A program made the translations under genes and the position numbers. The notes below the pieces were generated by a model. That model made no database searches. It worked only from the letters and a program-made list of their open reading frames with translations, and was not told the DNA's origin. Below, in pieces: positions 27,575 to 39,810 of a stretch of DNA of 64,000 nucleotides (positions are counted from its first letter, which is position 1; each line of letters starts with the position of its first letter). Source of the stretch: Vicugna vicugna (taxonomy: Eukaryota); assembly GCA_013265495.1 (NCBI GenBank), contig MU058478.1:390032-454031 (forward strand), in the 5' to 3' direction.

Positions 27575-28385
27575 TTATAATCTATAAGATATTTATAATA
27601 AATATATCTATTATAGATTTATAGAGATTTATCTATAAGAGATTTATAATAGATTAATGATAGATTTATCTGTTAGAGATTTATAGTAGATTTGTCTATT
27701 AGAGATTTATAATACATTTATCTATTAGAGATTCATAATAAATTTACCTCTTAGAGATTTATAGGAGATTTGTCTACTAGAGATTTACAGGAGATTTATC
27801 TATTAGAGATTTATAATAGATTAATAATAGATTTATCTATTAGAGATTTATAATAAATCTACCTATTAGAGATTTATAGTAGATTTATCTATTAGAGATT
27901 TATGATAGGTTAATGAAAGATTTATCTATTAGAGATTTATAATAAATTTACCTATTAGAGATTTATAGGAGATTTATCTATTAGAGATCTACAAGAGATT
28001 TATCTATTAGAGATTTATAATAAATTTATCTATTATAGATTTACAGTAGATTTACCTATTAGAGATTTATAATATATTAGTAATAGATTAATCTGTTAGA
28101 GATTTATAATAGATTTACCTATTAGAGATTTATAGGAGATTTATCTATTAGAGATTTATAATAGATTAATGATTGATTTATCTATTAGAGACTTATAATA
28201 AATTTACCTATTAGAGATTTATGGATTTATCTATTAAAGATTTATAATAGATTAATGATAGATTTATCTATTAGAGATTTATAGTGGATTTATCTATTAG
28301 AGATTAATAATAGATTAATCTGTTAGAGATTTATAATAGATTTACCTATTAGAGATTTATAGGAGATTTGACTATTGATAAATAG
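27575..28385. repeat. Minisatellite, ~26-bp unit agatttatctattagagatttat(a/g)nn, with 37-bp variants
   Basis: About 800 bp of 15-mer (agatttatctattag) plus 11-mer (agatttatagt/aat/agg) subunits, with an occasional extra 11-mer (agattaatgat). Confidence 0.95.
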
Positions 28386-28479
28386 ATGACAGATAGACTA
28401 TATATAGACTGCCACAGGTTTCTTAGTTTTTCAATGGCTAAAATAATATTTAAAAGAAGTGTACTACATGGCACCAGGA

Positions 28480-28635
28480 AAATTAAGCTTCTTAGTCCTC
28501 AGTTTCTTCAGCTCTAAAGTGGGTATAGCAACAGTATTTATCTCAAGTGGTTTGTGATTATTCAAAGTAATGTTGACTATAAGTAGCATGACTTGAGCAT
28601 AAGGCTAAATAAAATGAGTAACTTTAATATTATTA
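28480..28635 (+). mobile_element. MIR remnant
   Basis: cctcagtttcttcagctctaaagtgggtatagcaacagtatttatctca matches the MIR core. Confidence 0.65.
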
Positions 28636-29153
28636 AAAATAACACATAAAAATACATTGCTAACTATCACAACTGTTCTTTTTTTCAGATGGACTGTCTT
28701 CTACTCAACCCTGCAAAGACATGCCGATGGATTCTGCACACTTGAATTTTATCATTTGGGTTTCCAGATTTGATGGTGCACATAGCATCTTGCAAAAATA
28801 GGAGAGGCCAGGACTGATCCAAGTGAACGGTACCCTTGAACCACGTAGAAGGTTTCTGCACAATTGTAAGAGTCACTGTGATGCACAATAATTCAGAAAC
28901 CACAAATTAAAAGAATTCTAATGAAAGGAAAAGTGAGTCTGTCTCTTTGGATTGAAAGCACATACGGTGAAAACTTGCAAATACTGAATGATAACTGTTT
29001 AGGAATGACTGGGAGATTTTATTCTCATATCTGCTTAATTATTTTTTTAAGTGTTAAGATACCGTAAGTGGACAGCAACAATGAATAATCACTCACTGAT
29101 TTGAAAAAAATCTGCAACACCCATAAGGAGGTAATGGGGAGTAGAATGAAGAG

Positions 29154-29328
29154 CAGTCATTCTCAGACTTTACTGCATCTTGGGATCATTGATTTTGCTT
29201 TCAAAATTTCTCAGAACTTTTTACAACCCAGACCAGTTAATGTTGATTTTCTTGGAATGAGATCAGGCATCAGAATTTTTCCAAACCGTAAGGTGCCTCT
29301 AATATGCAGTCATGTTCCGGGATTGCTG
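29154..29328. mobile_element. MER5A-like hAT-Charlie MITE
   Basis: cagtcattctcagacttt...gcatcagaatttttccaaac...tctaatatgcagtca...gattgctg, about 175 bp. Confidence 0.65.
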
Positions 29329-30419
29329 ATAAAGAGAACACTGTTTTCAAATTGATTTTTAACTCCAGACTCGCCAGAAATCCGCCTCTTATTCAAATGA
29401 ATAAGGAAAGAAAAGCAGATGGCAGTTCTCCCCAATTAAAAACAGAGTGACATCCTACTGGAAATTCAAGAGAAGCGTTGTGGCCAGGAGTCACCAGTAA
29501 TTGAAAAATTCAATAAAGCATTCAATGTAATTAATTTTCAAAGTTGAAGAGCTTAAAACTCTAGATTGGAAAGTGTTGTGAATGCCAGAGGCTGATATAA
29601 TTCAATGCCAGTACCTTTGGGCTTCTGGACTTGTAAGGAGCAGGGTTGCCCAGAGTACTTTTACAGAAATAAAGGACACTTTTAATTATTACAAACGTCT
29701 CCATTCTTTGTCTTCTCATTGCTGCCAAACCGGAGCGGAAGGACCTGTCAGTTTAGATCTTTCTTACAGAAGATATTCATGGAATAAAGGGGAAAAATAG
29801 TTTTTCTTCCGAAGAAGAACCATGCATTTTTTTTTTCAGATGCCGATAGCAGAAACCAAACAGAAATAATGCCTTGAAATTTATTTGAATACCACAATGT
29901 AATACTGCTCTGTTAATTTAGTTCACGTTGGCCACGGATGTCTTCCTTCAGATATTTTTGTTTAAAAGTCTTATTCGAACACTTAGCCATCATTTTAGAA
30001 AGTGTGTGTATGTCTGATTAAGAGAAAAAAGAACAGACCCCCAGTTGAGAGAGAGATGATCAATGTCTTCACTGACTCCCGTGTTACCCTTTGTTATCAC
30101 CACCACCTTGCAGCTCCCCCTGAACTCTGCGATCATCACTGCCCTGGTTTTATTACAGATGACTTCTGCTGTAGAGCATGAGATGCATGAACTCTAGTGA
30201 TGTGTGTGTGTGATTTTGGGGCCAGCATGCTCAGCTCCGTGTTAATGCTATGTGCCCACTGATGCTTTGAGAGGTAATTCGTCCATTTGCTTTCCTGCAT
30301 TTCATTGTACAAACAAGGCAAAATTTATTACCTAATTTTAACATTCATGAACATATTCCCATTGTTTTTGCCTCATGAAAAATCCTACTTTATACACACA
30401 GACACACACACACATACGT

Positions 30420-30725
30420 CATTTGCAATGAATCATAGACCTAGAATTAAAAGATAAAAATAGAATTCTTCTAGAAGATGATGGAGGAGGATGTCTTAAT
30501 GACCCGGAAGTAAAGGTATATTTACTCAACAGGAAGCAAGAGCCAGAAACTATAAGATGTATCAAAATAAGTTAACAATGAAAAGGGGAACTGACCATTA
30601 AAAACTCAAAGAAATCAATGAAACTACACTGAAATTAATAATTTTCACTTATCAAAAGACACCATAAAGACTTCCACTTTTGGCCAAGATGGTGGAGCAG
30701 GGACAGGGCTGACCCTCCTTTCTGA
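30420..30725 (+). mobile_element. Old L1 ORF2 fragment
   Basis: gaatcatagacctagaattaaaag...cttctagaagat...tcaaaagacaccataaaga. Confidence 0.6.
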
Positions 30726-30777
30726 TTAAAAAAAAATGCTATAATACTGGGCAAAATATTCTGTGTCTTGGTCCAGT

Positions 30778-30841
30778 TAGAGATGATAGATAGATAGATA
30801 GGTGGGTAAATAGATAGATGGATAGATAGATAGATGGAATG

Positions 30842-30908
<67 letters not shown>

Positions 30909-30994
30909 GATAGATAGATAGGGTGGGTAGATAGATGGATAGATAGATAGACAGATAGACAGATAGAGAGACAGGTTAGATGGATGGATGGATG

Positions 30995-31056
<62 letters not shown>

Positions 31057-31120
31057 CAGACAGATAGACAGACAGAGAGACAGGTTAGATGGATGGATGG
31101 ATAGATAGATAGATGGAATG

Positions 31121-31163
<43 letters not shown>

Positions 31164-31228
31164 GATAGATAGATAGACAGACAGATAGACAGATAGACAG
31201 ACAGAGAGACAGGTTAGATGGATGGATG

Positions 31229-31294
<66 letters not shown>

Positions 31295-31475
31295 ATGGAT
31301 ACATAGGTGGGTAGATAGTTGGATAGATAGATAGATGGAATGGATGGATAGATAGATTGATTAGATGGATGGATGGATGGATGGATAGGTTAGATGGATG
31401 GAGAGATACATACATACATACATAGACAGACAGACAGATAGGCAGATAAATGATAGTTAAGTAGACAGATACACT
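30778..31475. repeat. Complex (GATA)n/(GGAT)n/(GACA)n tetranucleotide array
   Basis: About 700 bp, directly visible. It explains the spurious 233-aa YLSI-repeat ORF. Confidence 0.98.
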
Positions 31476-31577
31476 CATATACCCAACAAAGCTCAGTTTT
31501 CTTCATTTCACTCTGTAGAAATGATAGCTAAATAAACCTTTTAAATACTCTTGACGTTTCACCATGAAACGTCATGC

Positions 31578-31680
31578 TGCTATAGTATTTTCCGGACACC
31601 CTGTTTCCTCTGCTCGCAACACTTCTGACACCAAATGTGTGTGTGGTTTTCCCACATCAACCCGTTCTCTAATTCTCTGG
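31578..31680. mobile_element. MER21-like LTR fragment
   Basis: cacttctgacaccaaatgtgtgtgtggttttcccacatcaacc...ttctctaattctctgg. Confidence 0.6.
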
Positions 31681-31990
31681 CCCTCAATTTTCATTGCGTC
31701 ATTTCTTGGAATGTACAGGGGTGTGTTAACTTCTCGGCTTCTTCTATTTTAGCCCTCTGCTAGATATTTTCTTTGTCCTTCAGACAAATTAGTGCCTAAC
31801 CACCCCCACCTAGTGACGATGTGTCTGTCAGCTCGGAAGTTTGCAGGAAAGGCTATTTCTCAGTGCTCCTGGGGAAAGAAAAGGCTGGGGAGGTGGGATA
31901 CAGGGGGCGCTTTGACATTCTCCTTGAGCTGAAGCCGTGTGAATTTCCTTACAGAATAAGAAGAATTTTTCTTTTATGTAGTCAATATTC

Positions 31991-32165
31991 TTTATTTCTT
32001 TCTGTTGAGCTCTAGTCAATTTACAATGTCATGAAAACAAACTTATGGTTACCGGGTTGGGGAATGGGGTGGGGAGGGAGAAACTGGGAGTCTGGGATTT
32101 GCAGACACACACTACTGTATATAAAATAGATGGACAACAAGGTCCTACTGTGCAGTACAGGGAAT
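31991..32165 (-). mobile_element. Short L1 with an inverted 5' segment
   Basis: A minus-strand L1 terminus (ttgagctctagtcaatttacaatgtc) is joined to plus-strand upstream 3'UTR (gaaaacaaacttatggttacc...gtacagggaa). Confidence 0.7.
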
Positions 32166-33929
32166 TTGTCTTCTTTTCACTCTGCATCTATGTAAGTGTG
32201 ATCTGTCTCTGAGTCTCCCAGAAGCTTTATGAAAGCACATTATTCACCTTTTCTCAGAAGAGCCCTCTTTGCAGGGCTGGTCTGAGGGTCAAGTCCCTGG
32301 GAGAGCCCACACTGCGTAACCACCCACTCCGCTTCCTTCTCTGTTATGATCACCAGGGAACCCAATCAGTGTTTGTTAGCACTAAGGTCATAAATTGTCT
32401 TAAGGACTTTGGGACAAAAATTGAAAATTGCAAAGTCGATGAAAACCCTTTTTTCCCCCCATTTAGGAATTATAGCTTAAATGGTTTGGGAGCATAAAGA
32501 TAAATGGCTTTTCAAGTGGCTTTGTCCAAAGAGACCACAACAGAGGATATTTGTGGTTTCTATTCCAACATTCCCGTCCTTCAGGGCATCAGTTAGAGCC
32601 ATTTTAATCTATTTTAATTTCAGTGCTGCTCTGCTGTTTATTTATATAGGTCCAGACGTCACAAAGTCTTTGGAAAGCAACCATGCTGCAAAGCATTCAG
32701 GCAGACTGCGAGCAAATGGAATTACGCTGAATCATTACTGGTAAGATCCAGTATCAGAACACAGCTCTACTGGGGCCAGTGTTGTGAGTCTGACCCCCCT
32801 CACGGGCTCATTAGCTTCACACACAGACAACCCTGGCCCTTGAGTTGCAGTCTGGATCATTGACCTTACCCAACCCTGATGACACATGTTTGCCACGAGG
32901 CAGGAGGCCGTGGGCTGGGAGAGTTCAGTCCATTGCAAACACCAGAAGAAGAGCAGTTTTCTGCATTTGATTTACTGGTGGCAATGCACATTTTCATTTT
33001 TTAAATATATATATTAAAGAGGTTGAATGTGTAGTCCCTATCTTATGTTTATAGATGGAAAACACCATCAATAGATTAGTTCATCTTTATGGAGAGCAGG
33101 TTTTGCTGGCTTTGATGGAGATTGAAAGTAGCATTTTGGACATCGCCTCTAATTGTTTGCCTCTAATGACTCAATTTCTAGAAATATTTATCCTGATCGT
33201 TAGAGTAACAGACAACATAGGCTGCTGGAATAGATCAGTGATCTAAAGCTGAAATAAAAATGGAGATAAATGTCTATGTAAAAGAAAAACAAAGATAATT
33301 TCAGTTGAGCACACACAATTGTTGATGCATTGATTTTTTTTCAACCTATCACTTTTATTTCAAAGAGATGGACACAGTCCTGTGTCCTTCAGCACTTTGG
33401 GCAGTCCCTGAAGGAGATCCTTATTTCAACTCTTATTTGTGTGTGAAATTTGAAGGCACTGGCCAAGGTTCCCGTGGAGAGCACGTGTGAGCTGTGAGGG
33501 CAGTTGTCCAAACACACACGTATTTAAATAGAGTGAGACGCATGTGGTCAACTCTGACCGTGCGCTCTGCCCGGCCCCATGGGTTCATTTCTGTCTTGTT
33601 ACCTTGACCAGCATCTCCTGACCTCAGATCTGAGGGTAGCTTCCAGAGAATTCCCTGCTCCAATTTCTCCAGCCAGTGGTTGCCCTGAAGACTGAATCTT
33701 CCTTTTTTGGGGGACGGTGTTCACTGTACCTGATTTTTCAAAGCTGGGTCAACTGTCTGCTAATCTAAATGTTCTCATGACCTTGAAAATCTCGTGCAGA
33801 TTAAAGGCAGATGGTGGGACTCACACATCACATGTGGGGTCACAGCAATCCAGGCTCCTTGCCCTCATCTGGTTTTAATCATAACCTGAAATTGTGTGAT
33901 GTGTCTCCTTGCTGGTTCAATTCCTCCCC

Positions 33930-34040
33930 CATCACTGAGATGTAAGTTCCATAAGGGAGAGGGCATGGCTCCTTAACCCATCCGCTTAGCTCCCAGAGCA
34001 CTGCCTCACATACTCAGTAAATTTGTATTGAAAGAACAAA
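33930..34040 (+). mobile_element. L2 3' end
   Basis: gatgtaagttccataagggag...actcagtaaatttgtattgaaagaa. Confidence 0.6.
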
Positions 34041-34048
34041 TGGCTTGG

Positions 34049-34192
34049 GAGGGTGAGGGTGTAGCTCAGTGGTAGAGCACCTGCTTAGCATGCATGAGGT
34101 CCTGGGTTCCATCCCCAGTCCCTCCGTTAAAATAAATCAGGAAATAAATAAACCTAATGACTTCTCCCAAAACAAAAGCAAACAGACAAACA
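34049..34192 (+). mobile_element. tRNA-Ala-derived SINE (camelid Vic-1 type)
   Basis: A-box tagctcagtgg (34062), anticodon-loop-like ttagcat, B-box gggttccatccc, and an A-rich tail with aacctaatgac. An 18-bp TSD (aaagaacaaatggcttgg / aaagaataagtggcttgg) lies at 34031-34048 and 34193-34210. Confidence 0.92.
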
Positions 34193-34631
34193 AAAGAATA
34201 AGTGGCTTGGAAAAGTGACCTCTTTTCTGGCTCTGGCATTTTCCCCCCACATCTCTGGAATTTACGTGGGACAGTTCCCTCAGGCTGAGCCCCAGGAGGT
34301 TCTCAGATCTCATATCCTTGGTGGTTTCTTGCAACAGCATGACCCTAACCAATAAGTCTGGATCTGTTACAGTCCGCGAAAAAAATTAAATCACGACAAT
34401 ACTTTTATAAAATACTTTTGCTAAAATTTAATTACATCATTAAAGGAGACTGTGTGGATAAACCCCTCAATGATCATCATAAATTCCTTAAGCATGGAAA
34501 CCAAAAAATGAAAAGGAAGAAGGAATGGTCTTCATGTAGATGGTCTTACAAATAGATTTTTTTTTTTCTTAGCGTTACCAAATTTATCAGCAGCACATTT
34601 TTCTTTCATATTTCCTTATTCTTATGTTAAA

Positions 34632-35215
34632 CAACCATTTATTTTGGAGTAATATTAGACGTAGCTGCAACGTGTTGCAAAGACAATATGCAGAGTTTCT
34701 GTCTACCCCTCATCCAGTCTTCCCCATCACCGTACACTTCCTGGAATTATTGTGACATATTTGTCAAACTTAAGAAACTAACATTGGCGCATGCCTATGA
34801 ATTAAACTCCAGACATTCTCTGGATTTCACTGGATTGCTATTCATGATCTTTTTCTGTTCTAGGTTCCAGCTCAGAGTCCCACAATGCATTTAGTCAGAT
34901 TTAGTCTTTTGTGGACGATGGTAATTTTTACAGTCTTTCCCCATTTTTCATGATCTTAGTATTCCTGAAGGGAACTTGCCGGGCATCCTGGCGAATGTCT
35001 CTCAGTCTGGATTTTCCTGCTGTTTCCTCATGATCAGGTTGGTATTTGGGGGGTTTGGAAAGGATACAACACGAGTGAAGGACCCCTCTTACTGCATCAT
35101 ATCAGAGGGTACTCACATCACGTCACAGATCGTGCTAACTTTTGTCATTTGGTTAAGTTACTCCTTGGAAGATTTCTGCACAGTGAAGTTCCCCTTTTTC
35201 CCTTTACATACAGTT
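34632..35215 (-). mobile_element. Ancient L1 3'UTR (L1MC4-like)
   Basis: ttgcaaagacaatatgcagagtttc...tttgtcaaacttaagaaactaacattgg...aatgcatttagtc. Confidence 0.7.
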
Positions 35216-35216
35216 C

Positions 35217-35718
35217 TTTTAAATTGAAGTATAGTCTGTTTACAAAGTTGCGTTAACTTCTGGCGTACAGCACAATGAGTCAGTTGTACATATACATATA
35301 TATTCCTTTTCATATTCTTTTTCATTATAGGTTGTTACAAAGAATATCATTCCCTGTGCTGTACAGTAGGACCCTGTTGTTTATCTATTTTATAAATAGT
35401 AGTTGTATCTGCAAATCCCAAACTCCCTATTTATCCCTTCCCACCCCCTTCCCACCCTGGTAACCATGTTTGTTTCTATGACTATGAGTCTGTGTCTGTT
35501 TTATAAATAAGTTATTTTTTGTCCTTTTCTTTAAGATTCCACATACGAGTGATATCATGTGGTATTTTTCTTTCTCTTTCTGGCTTACCTCACTTAGAAT
35601 GACAATCTCCAGGTCCATCCGTGTTGCTGCAAATGGCATTATTTTTCCTTTTTATGGCTGCATAGTATTCCATTGCATAAATATACCACAGCTCCTTTAT
35701 TCAGTCCTCTGTCGATGG
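35217..35718 (-). mobile_element. L1 ORF2 end plus 3'UTR
   Basis: Minus-strand peptide MPFAATRMDLEIVILSEVSQKEKEKYHMISL. The terminus ttttaaattgaagtatag is present. Confidence 0.92.
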
Positions 35719-35877
35719 CCATGGCACAGGGAACTGTATTCAATATCTTGTGGTAACCGATAATGAAAAAGAATATGAAAATGAATATATGTATGTGTAT
35801 GCATGACTGAAGCATTGTGCTGTGCACCAGAAACTGACACCACGTTGTAAACTAACTACGCTTCAATTAAAAAAAAA
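35719..35877 (+). mobile_element. L1 3' terminus, head-to-head with the preceding L1
   Basis: ggcacagggaactgtattcaatatcttg...gaaactgacaccacgttgtaaactaactacgcttcaattaaaaaaaaa. Confidence 0.9.
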
Positions 35878-36069
35878 TGGTTTTTAATTTAAAAATAACT
35901 AAATAAATAAATGAAGGAGCAGTGGCCGCAAGGCTCTTATCACATTGTCACAAAGCTGGATCTGACTACACACCTGACCGGAAGGGGCAAGACTTGAGCA
36001 GGGAATTCTTTAGGTCTCTTGACAGCACAAAAATCCATGAATGCCTAGTTGTAATTTGAAAAAAAAAAT

Positions 36070-36293
36070 TACATGAAGATGTGATGACTCTTTACAAGTT
36101 AAGTTATAGATTGAGTGCATTTCCAGTTCAAAGCCTAATGAGATACTTTATGAAACCTGACAAAATGACTCTGAAACTCATTAATAAAATAGATGAGTAA
36201 GACTATTTAATAGATTCTGAAATGAAAAGAATACTAATGGAGGAGCAAAGATCCTACCAGATATTAGGACCTAACGTATATCAAGAAAAATTA
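36070..36293 (+). mobile_element. Old L1 ORF2 fragment
   Basis: aagttatagattgagtgcatttccagttcaaagcc...gaaacctgacaaaatgactctgaaactcat...cctaccagatattaggacc. Confidence 0.6.
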
Positions 36294-36345
36294 ACAACAT
36301 TGTAAAATGACTATAACTCAATAAAAATGTTAAAAAAAAAGAGAG
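36294..36345 (+). mobile_element. ~50-bp young L1 micro-insertion
   Basis: acaacattgtaaaatgactataactcaataaaaatgttaaaaaaaaa, flanked by the TSD agaaaaatta (36284-36293 and 36346-36355). Confidence 0.85.
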
Positions 36346-37779
36346 AGAAAAATTACACTCACATGGAAGAACCATAAAACTCTGAGGGGAAAAAAATTGA
36401 AATAATGCAAAACACAAAACAAGGACGATATGCATTGAAAGTACTGAATGAGTCTTAAATTGAGCAAAAATTCAAATAAAAAGCAATAATTATCCAATAA
36501 TTGTTGTAGAAATAACCGGGCAGAAATACAACGCATTACGGAACAGAAACACTGAAGATGCAGCTCCTTTTTCGGAAGCTAGTGTTTAATTTTGCGAATT
36601 ACTTCTCTCTCTGCATTTATCACCTATGTGTCTGAAAATGCTATTACTATATACAGTGACCAACAGTCAGTATTTCTATTAAAGTTTTAATTAATGGAAA
36701 TACTAAAATGCAATCCCCTTCTCTGCAGGGCTTTGATACCATTTTAAATTCCAGTGTAGATGTCGTTCTTAAAGTTTACCCTTTTCCTCAGGCAATAGTT
36801 AAATGGAAGACTCTACAAATTCATGCATAATTGTCATTGTACAATTCCTGGCACTAAGAATTTCTTTATGTGTAGTTGAAGGGAGGAGATGGTTGTAAAG
36901 ATTTGTGGATATGGACCTAGAAGATAAAAAAGTGAAGCCCTCAAAAAACAAAACCAAAAGCAAACCTTGAGGGTACAGAAGAGGGAGAGGAGTGAGATGT
37001 GAGGGCATGTCTACTGCAGCAAGCATGTGATGCGAGGTCTCTTAGCTCTCGTTTCTATGACTACATGTCCAGATCATGTAGGTCCTAGCCCCCCTGCTTT
37101 CTCCCATCATAGGAGCCTCTCATCATGCAGGGAGGACCCATGTCCCTTAGAGGCAAGAGCCTCTTGGATCCCTTTTATGCTTTAAGTCAAACCCAACTGT
37201 GTCCTTTCAGGGAGTCAGAGACATTCCCATGTTTAAGAAAACAGAGTCACTGAAGTTACAGAACGTAACTTGCTTATCTCCAGACTCATGTAAGTTGTGT
37301 GTGAGTCACGAACAGAATGATCTCAGGGAGAAACTGAAAGGCTTGGACCGATTGAGTATGTGTAAGAAAAAATGATTTATTACGAAGAATGCAAACATTA
37401 AAGGAGGGAAAAGACAAAAAAAAAACTATTTTAATCTATTGCATGGAAATTTGTTTTGGCAACATGGCCAGTCTGTGGGGGGCAGTAATAGTGCACATGT
37501 CAAAATTGAATGTAGAAGGTTCTAGGTTCTGCTGCCTTCAATCCTCAGGTATAAATTTGGGGAATATACTGTGGATATGTTAAATAAAATCACAGGAATA
37601 TAATCAGCAACATTTAGACTGAAAAAATCTCTCTGGTAGTGATTTACTGTGGTGAAAAACCAGCTTACTTTCTGTGCTTGGTCTTAAACTTCATTCATTA
37701 AAAATATACATAAAATCACATCTATAGATAGTTAAAAGACTAAAATTACTTTCAAAATTCTTATTCTTTTCTATTGTTT

Positions 37780-37817
<38 letters not shown>

Positions 37818-38625
37818 TGAAATTCACATAATTCAAATTTTAAAATATTCCACAGGGATAAATGAATAATATTTTTAATTTACACAGAATTTGAATTTTT
37901 CAGGGCCATAAAAAAGTGAATTCATATATTAGAAAATAGCAAAAAAACTGTTTTTCAGATCATAATAACATGATTTTCAAGGGAAATAATATTAATATAC
38001 TTGTTTTAACAAATATTTGTTATATTAACATCTTTTTATGTATATACAATATTTACTTGACATTTATCAAAAATATACGTTTTTATGATATATATACCAT
38101 TTTGATGAATGGACGTATAAACTTTAAAGAATTGATACAAAATTATACAACGCTGTAATTCTAGCTCTAATTTTTGATCTATCAGGAGACTATACTGAGA
38201 TAAATTCCTTTGAGTAAAATTTCTAGACTTGGAAAAAGTGAATGATTCTATTTCTTAAATTTTGTAACTATTTCTACTCTATTCTATGAAAGAATTGGCA
38301 ATTTTTTTTAATGGCACTAAAAATTAACTCATTTACCAAACGCTTAACCCATAGTGGATTTTATAACACTTTAAAAATGTAACTGAAGATCTAATTTAAG
38401 GAACGTGTATTTGGAATCTTTATATACAAAGAAATGAGGCGGCTGTTGAGAAATCCCTCAACCTCGCTGACACTCCTTTTTAGTGTGTATGTTCTACACC
38501 AGATCCTTACACTTTGGAATCCTTCCAAACAAATCCTGGTCTCTCCCCTCTGTGCTGTATAACTCCCACCCCTCTTAAATGCAAACTCATCTGTGCACGT
38601 GGATTCTTTGCCACAGACACACGGA

Positions 38626-39295
38626 CAGTCAATTCTCATTTTATCCCCAGTTGCTACGTTCCATGAAGTTACCACAAACACTGAATTAGTTCATCCTGAG
38701 TCATCGCTCCTTGGGGAAACACAAGGTTAGCTTTCTGCAAGCCTCTGGTCACGTTAGATCAGCTGAAAAAAAATCTTTTAAAAAAATGTGTGTTTTCATT
38801 TAAAGACACCTGTTTAAATATATAAACATACACTGTTGGTTAATTGGCATCAAGCTGACAGCCAGCAGCACCATAACTCATGCCTGAGATGAGCTGATCC
38901 ATCCCACACAGCTTTTCTGTAACACATGTCACAGCGTTCTTGCTCTGAGCATCACGACACAGCACTTTGGGACTCCACTGGGGGGGGGGCTCTGTAAACA
39001 ACAAGACCACCCACCCAAGGAAGCACAGAAAGGTGACAATGTGGAACTAAATCTACCACCAAAGGGACACGTTTACAGGGTGAGAGCTAAGACAAGGAGG
39101 CGAAGCATTGCCTCGTCGGAACGCAGCTGGGAGCATGAGGGCGAGGTCACTCAGCTGCGTTTTTGTCACTTTGTGCACATCTGTGAGTGACCATGAAGAC
39201 ACAACGGGATTGATTTGGGATCTGGGTTCACAAGTAACCCAGAGTGAAGGGGTAAATTCCTAAAAACAGAATCTATGAATAATGAATATTGATTT
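38626..39295 (-). mobile_element. MER82 (TcMar-Tigger non-autonomous DNA transposon), near full length
   Basis: Degenerate TIRs cagtcaattctcatt... and ...gaataatgaatattgattt|ta. Internal motifs gcctctggtcac, taaagacacc, ataactcatgcctga and gagagctaagacaaggaggc are colinear with the recalled consensus. Confidence 0.85.
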
Positions 39296-39439
39296 TATTT
39301 ATATACATGTATAAATGGAGAGAGAGAGAGACAGGTCTATCTGGTATACCTCTAATTACTATCTGTCATCTAGCTAGATAAATAGATTGAGAGGGAGAGA
39401 AATTCTGTCCCATTTCAGCTCATCACTTGCTGAGCATCT

Positions 39440-39810
39440 AATGAGGATATAATCATTATCAAAAACTGAAATCTTGGCTTTCCATCACACATGCTTCCAT
39501 TCTGAGGGTCTCCCCGTGTCATCCATCTCTCATGGCCAGGCAGGGAACTTGGGGCTCATGTCTGATCTCCACCACCGTGCCCTACAGAGCAAATCCACCC
39601 CCAGATCAGCTGATTCTATCACGTGAGTAATCCTGCCAGAATCCATCTGCTCTTTCTGTTACCACAGGTGACACTGAATTTTGCACCGACACGGTCTCAC
39701 CTGGTGACCGGCAACAGCCACCGTGCATCCTTCCATTGTGTTATCTGTGCTGATAAATGAGTAACCTTTTAATACTTTTAAAACCCGAATTAGACATTTC
39801 TCCCATATCA
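39440..39810 (+). mobile_element. L2 remnant
   Basis: tcaaaaactgaaatctt...gtctcccc...ggaacttggggctcat...caaatccaccccc. Confidence 0.55.

Noticed and set aside
27575..28385. CRISPR-like appearance of regularly spaced repeats
   Set aside because: There are no unique spacers and no cas genes, and the context is mammalian. It is a minisatellite.
30777..31478. 233-aa ORF of YLSI repeats
   Set aside because: It is the translation of the (TATC)n array.
33040..33246. Possible exon after ttatgtttatag (MENTINRLVHLYGEQ...)
   Set aside because: The acceptor and donor are weak, the product is unrecognisable, and there are no partner exons.
34055..34127. Near-complete tRNA-Ala(AGC)-like sequence
   Set aside because: It has a SINE tail and an 18-bp TSD, an altered T-loop (gttcc) and no oligo-T terminator. 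It is a SINE head, not a tRNA gene.
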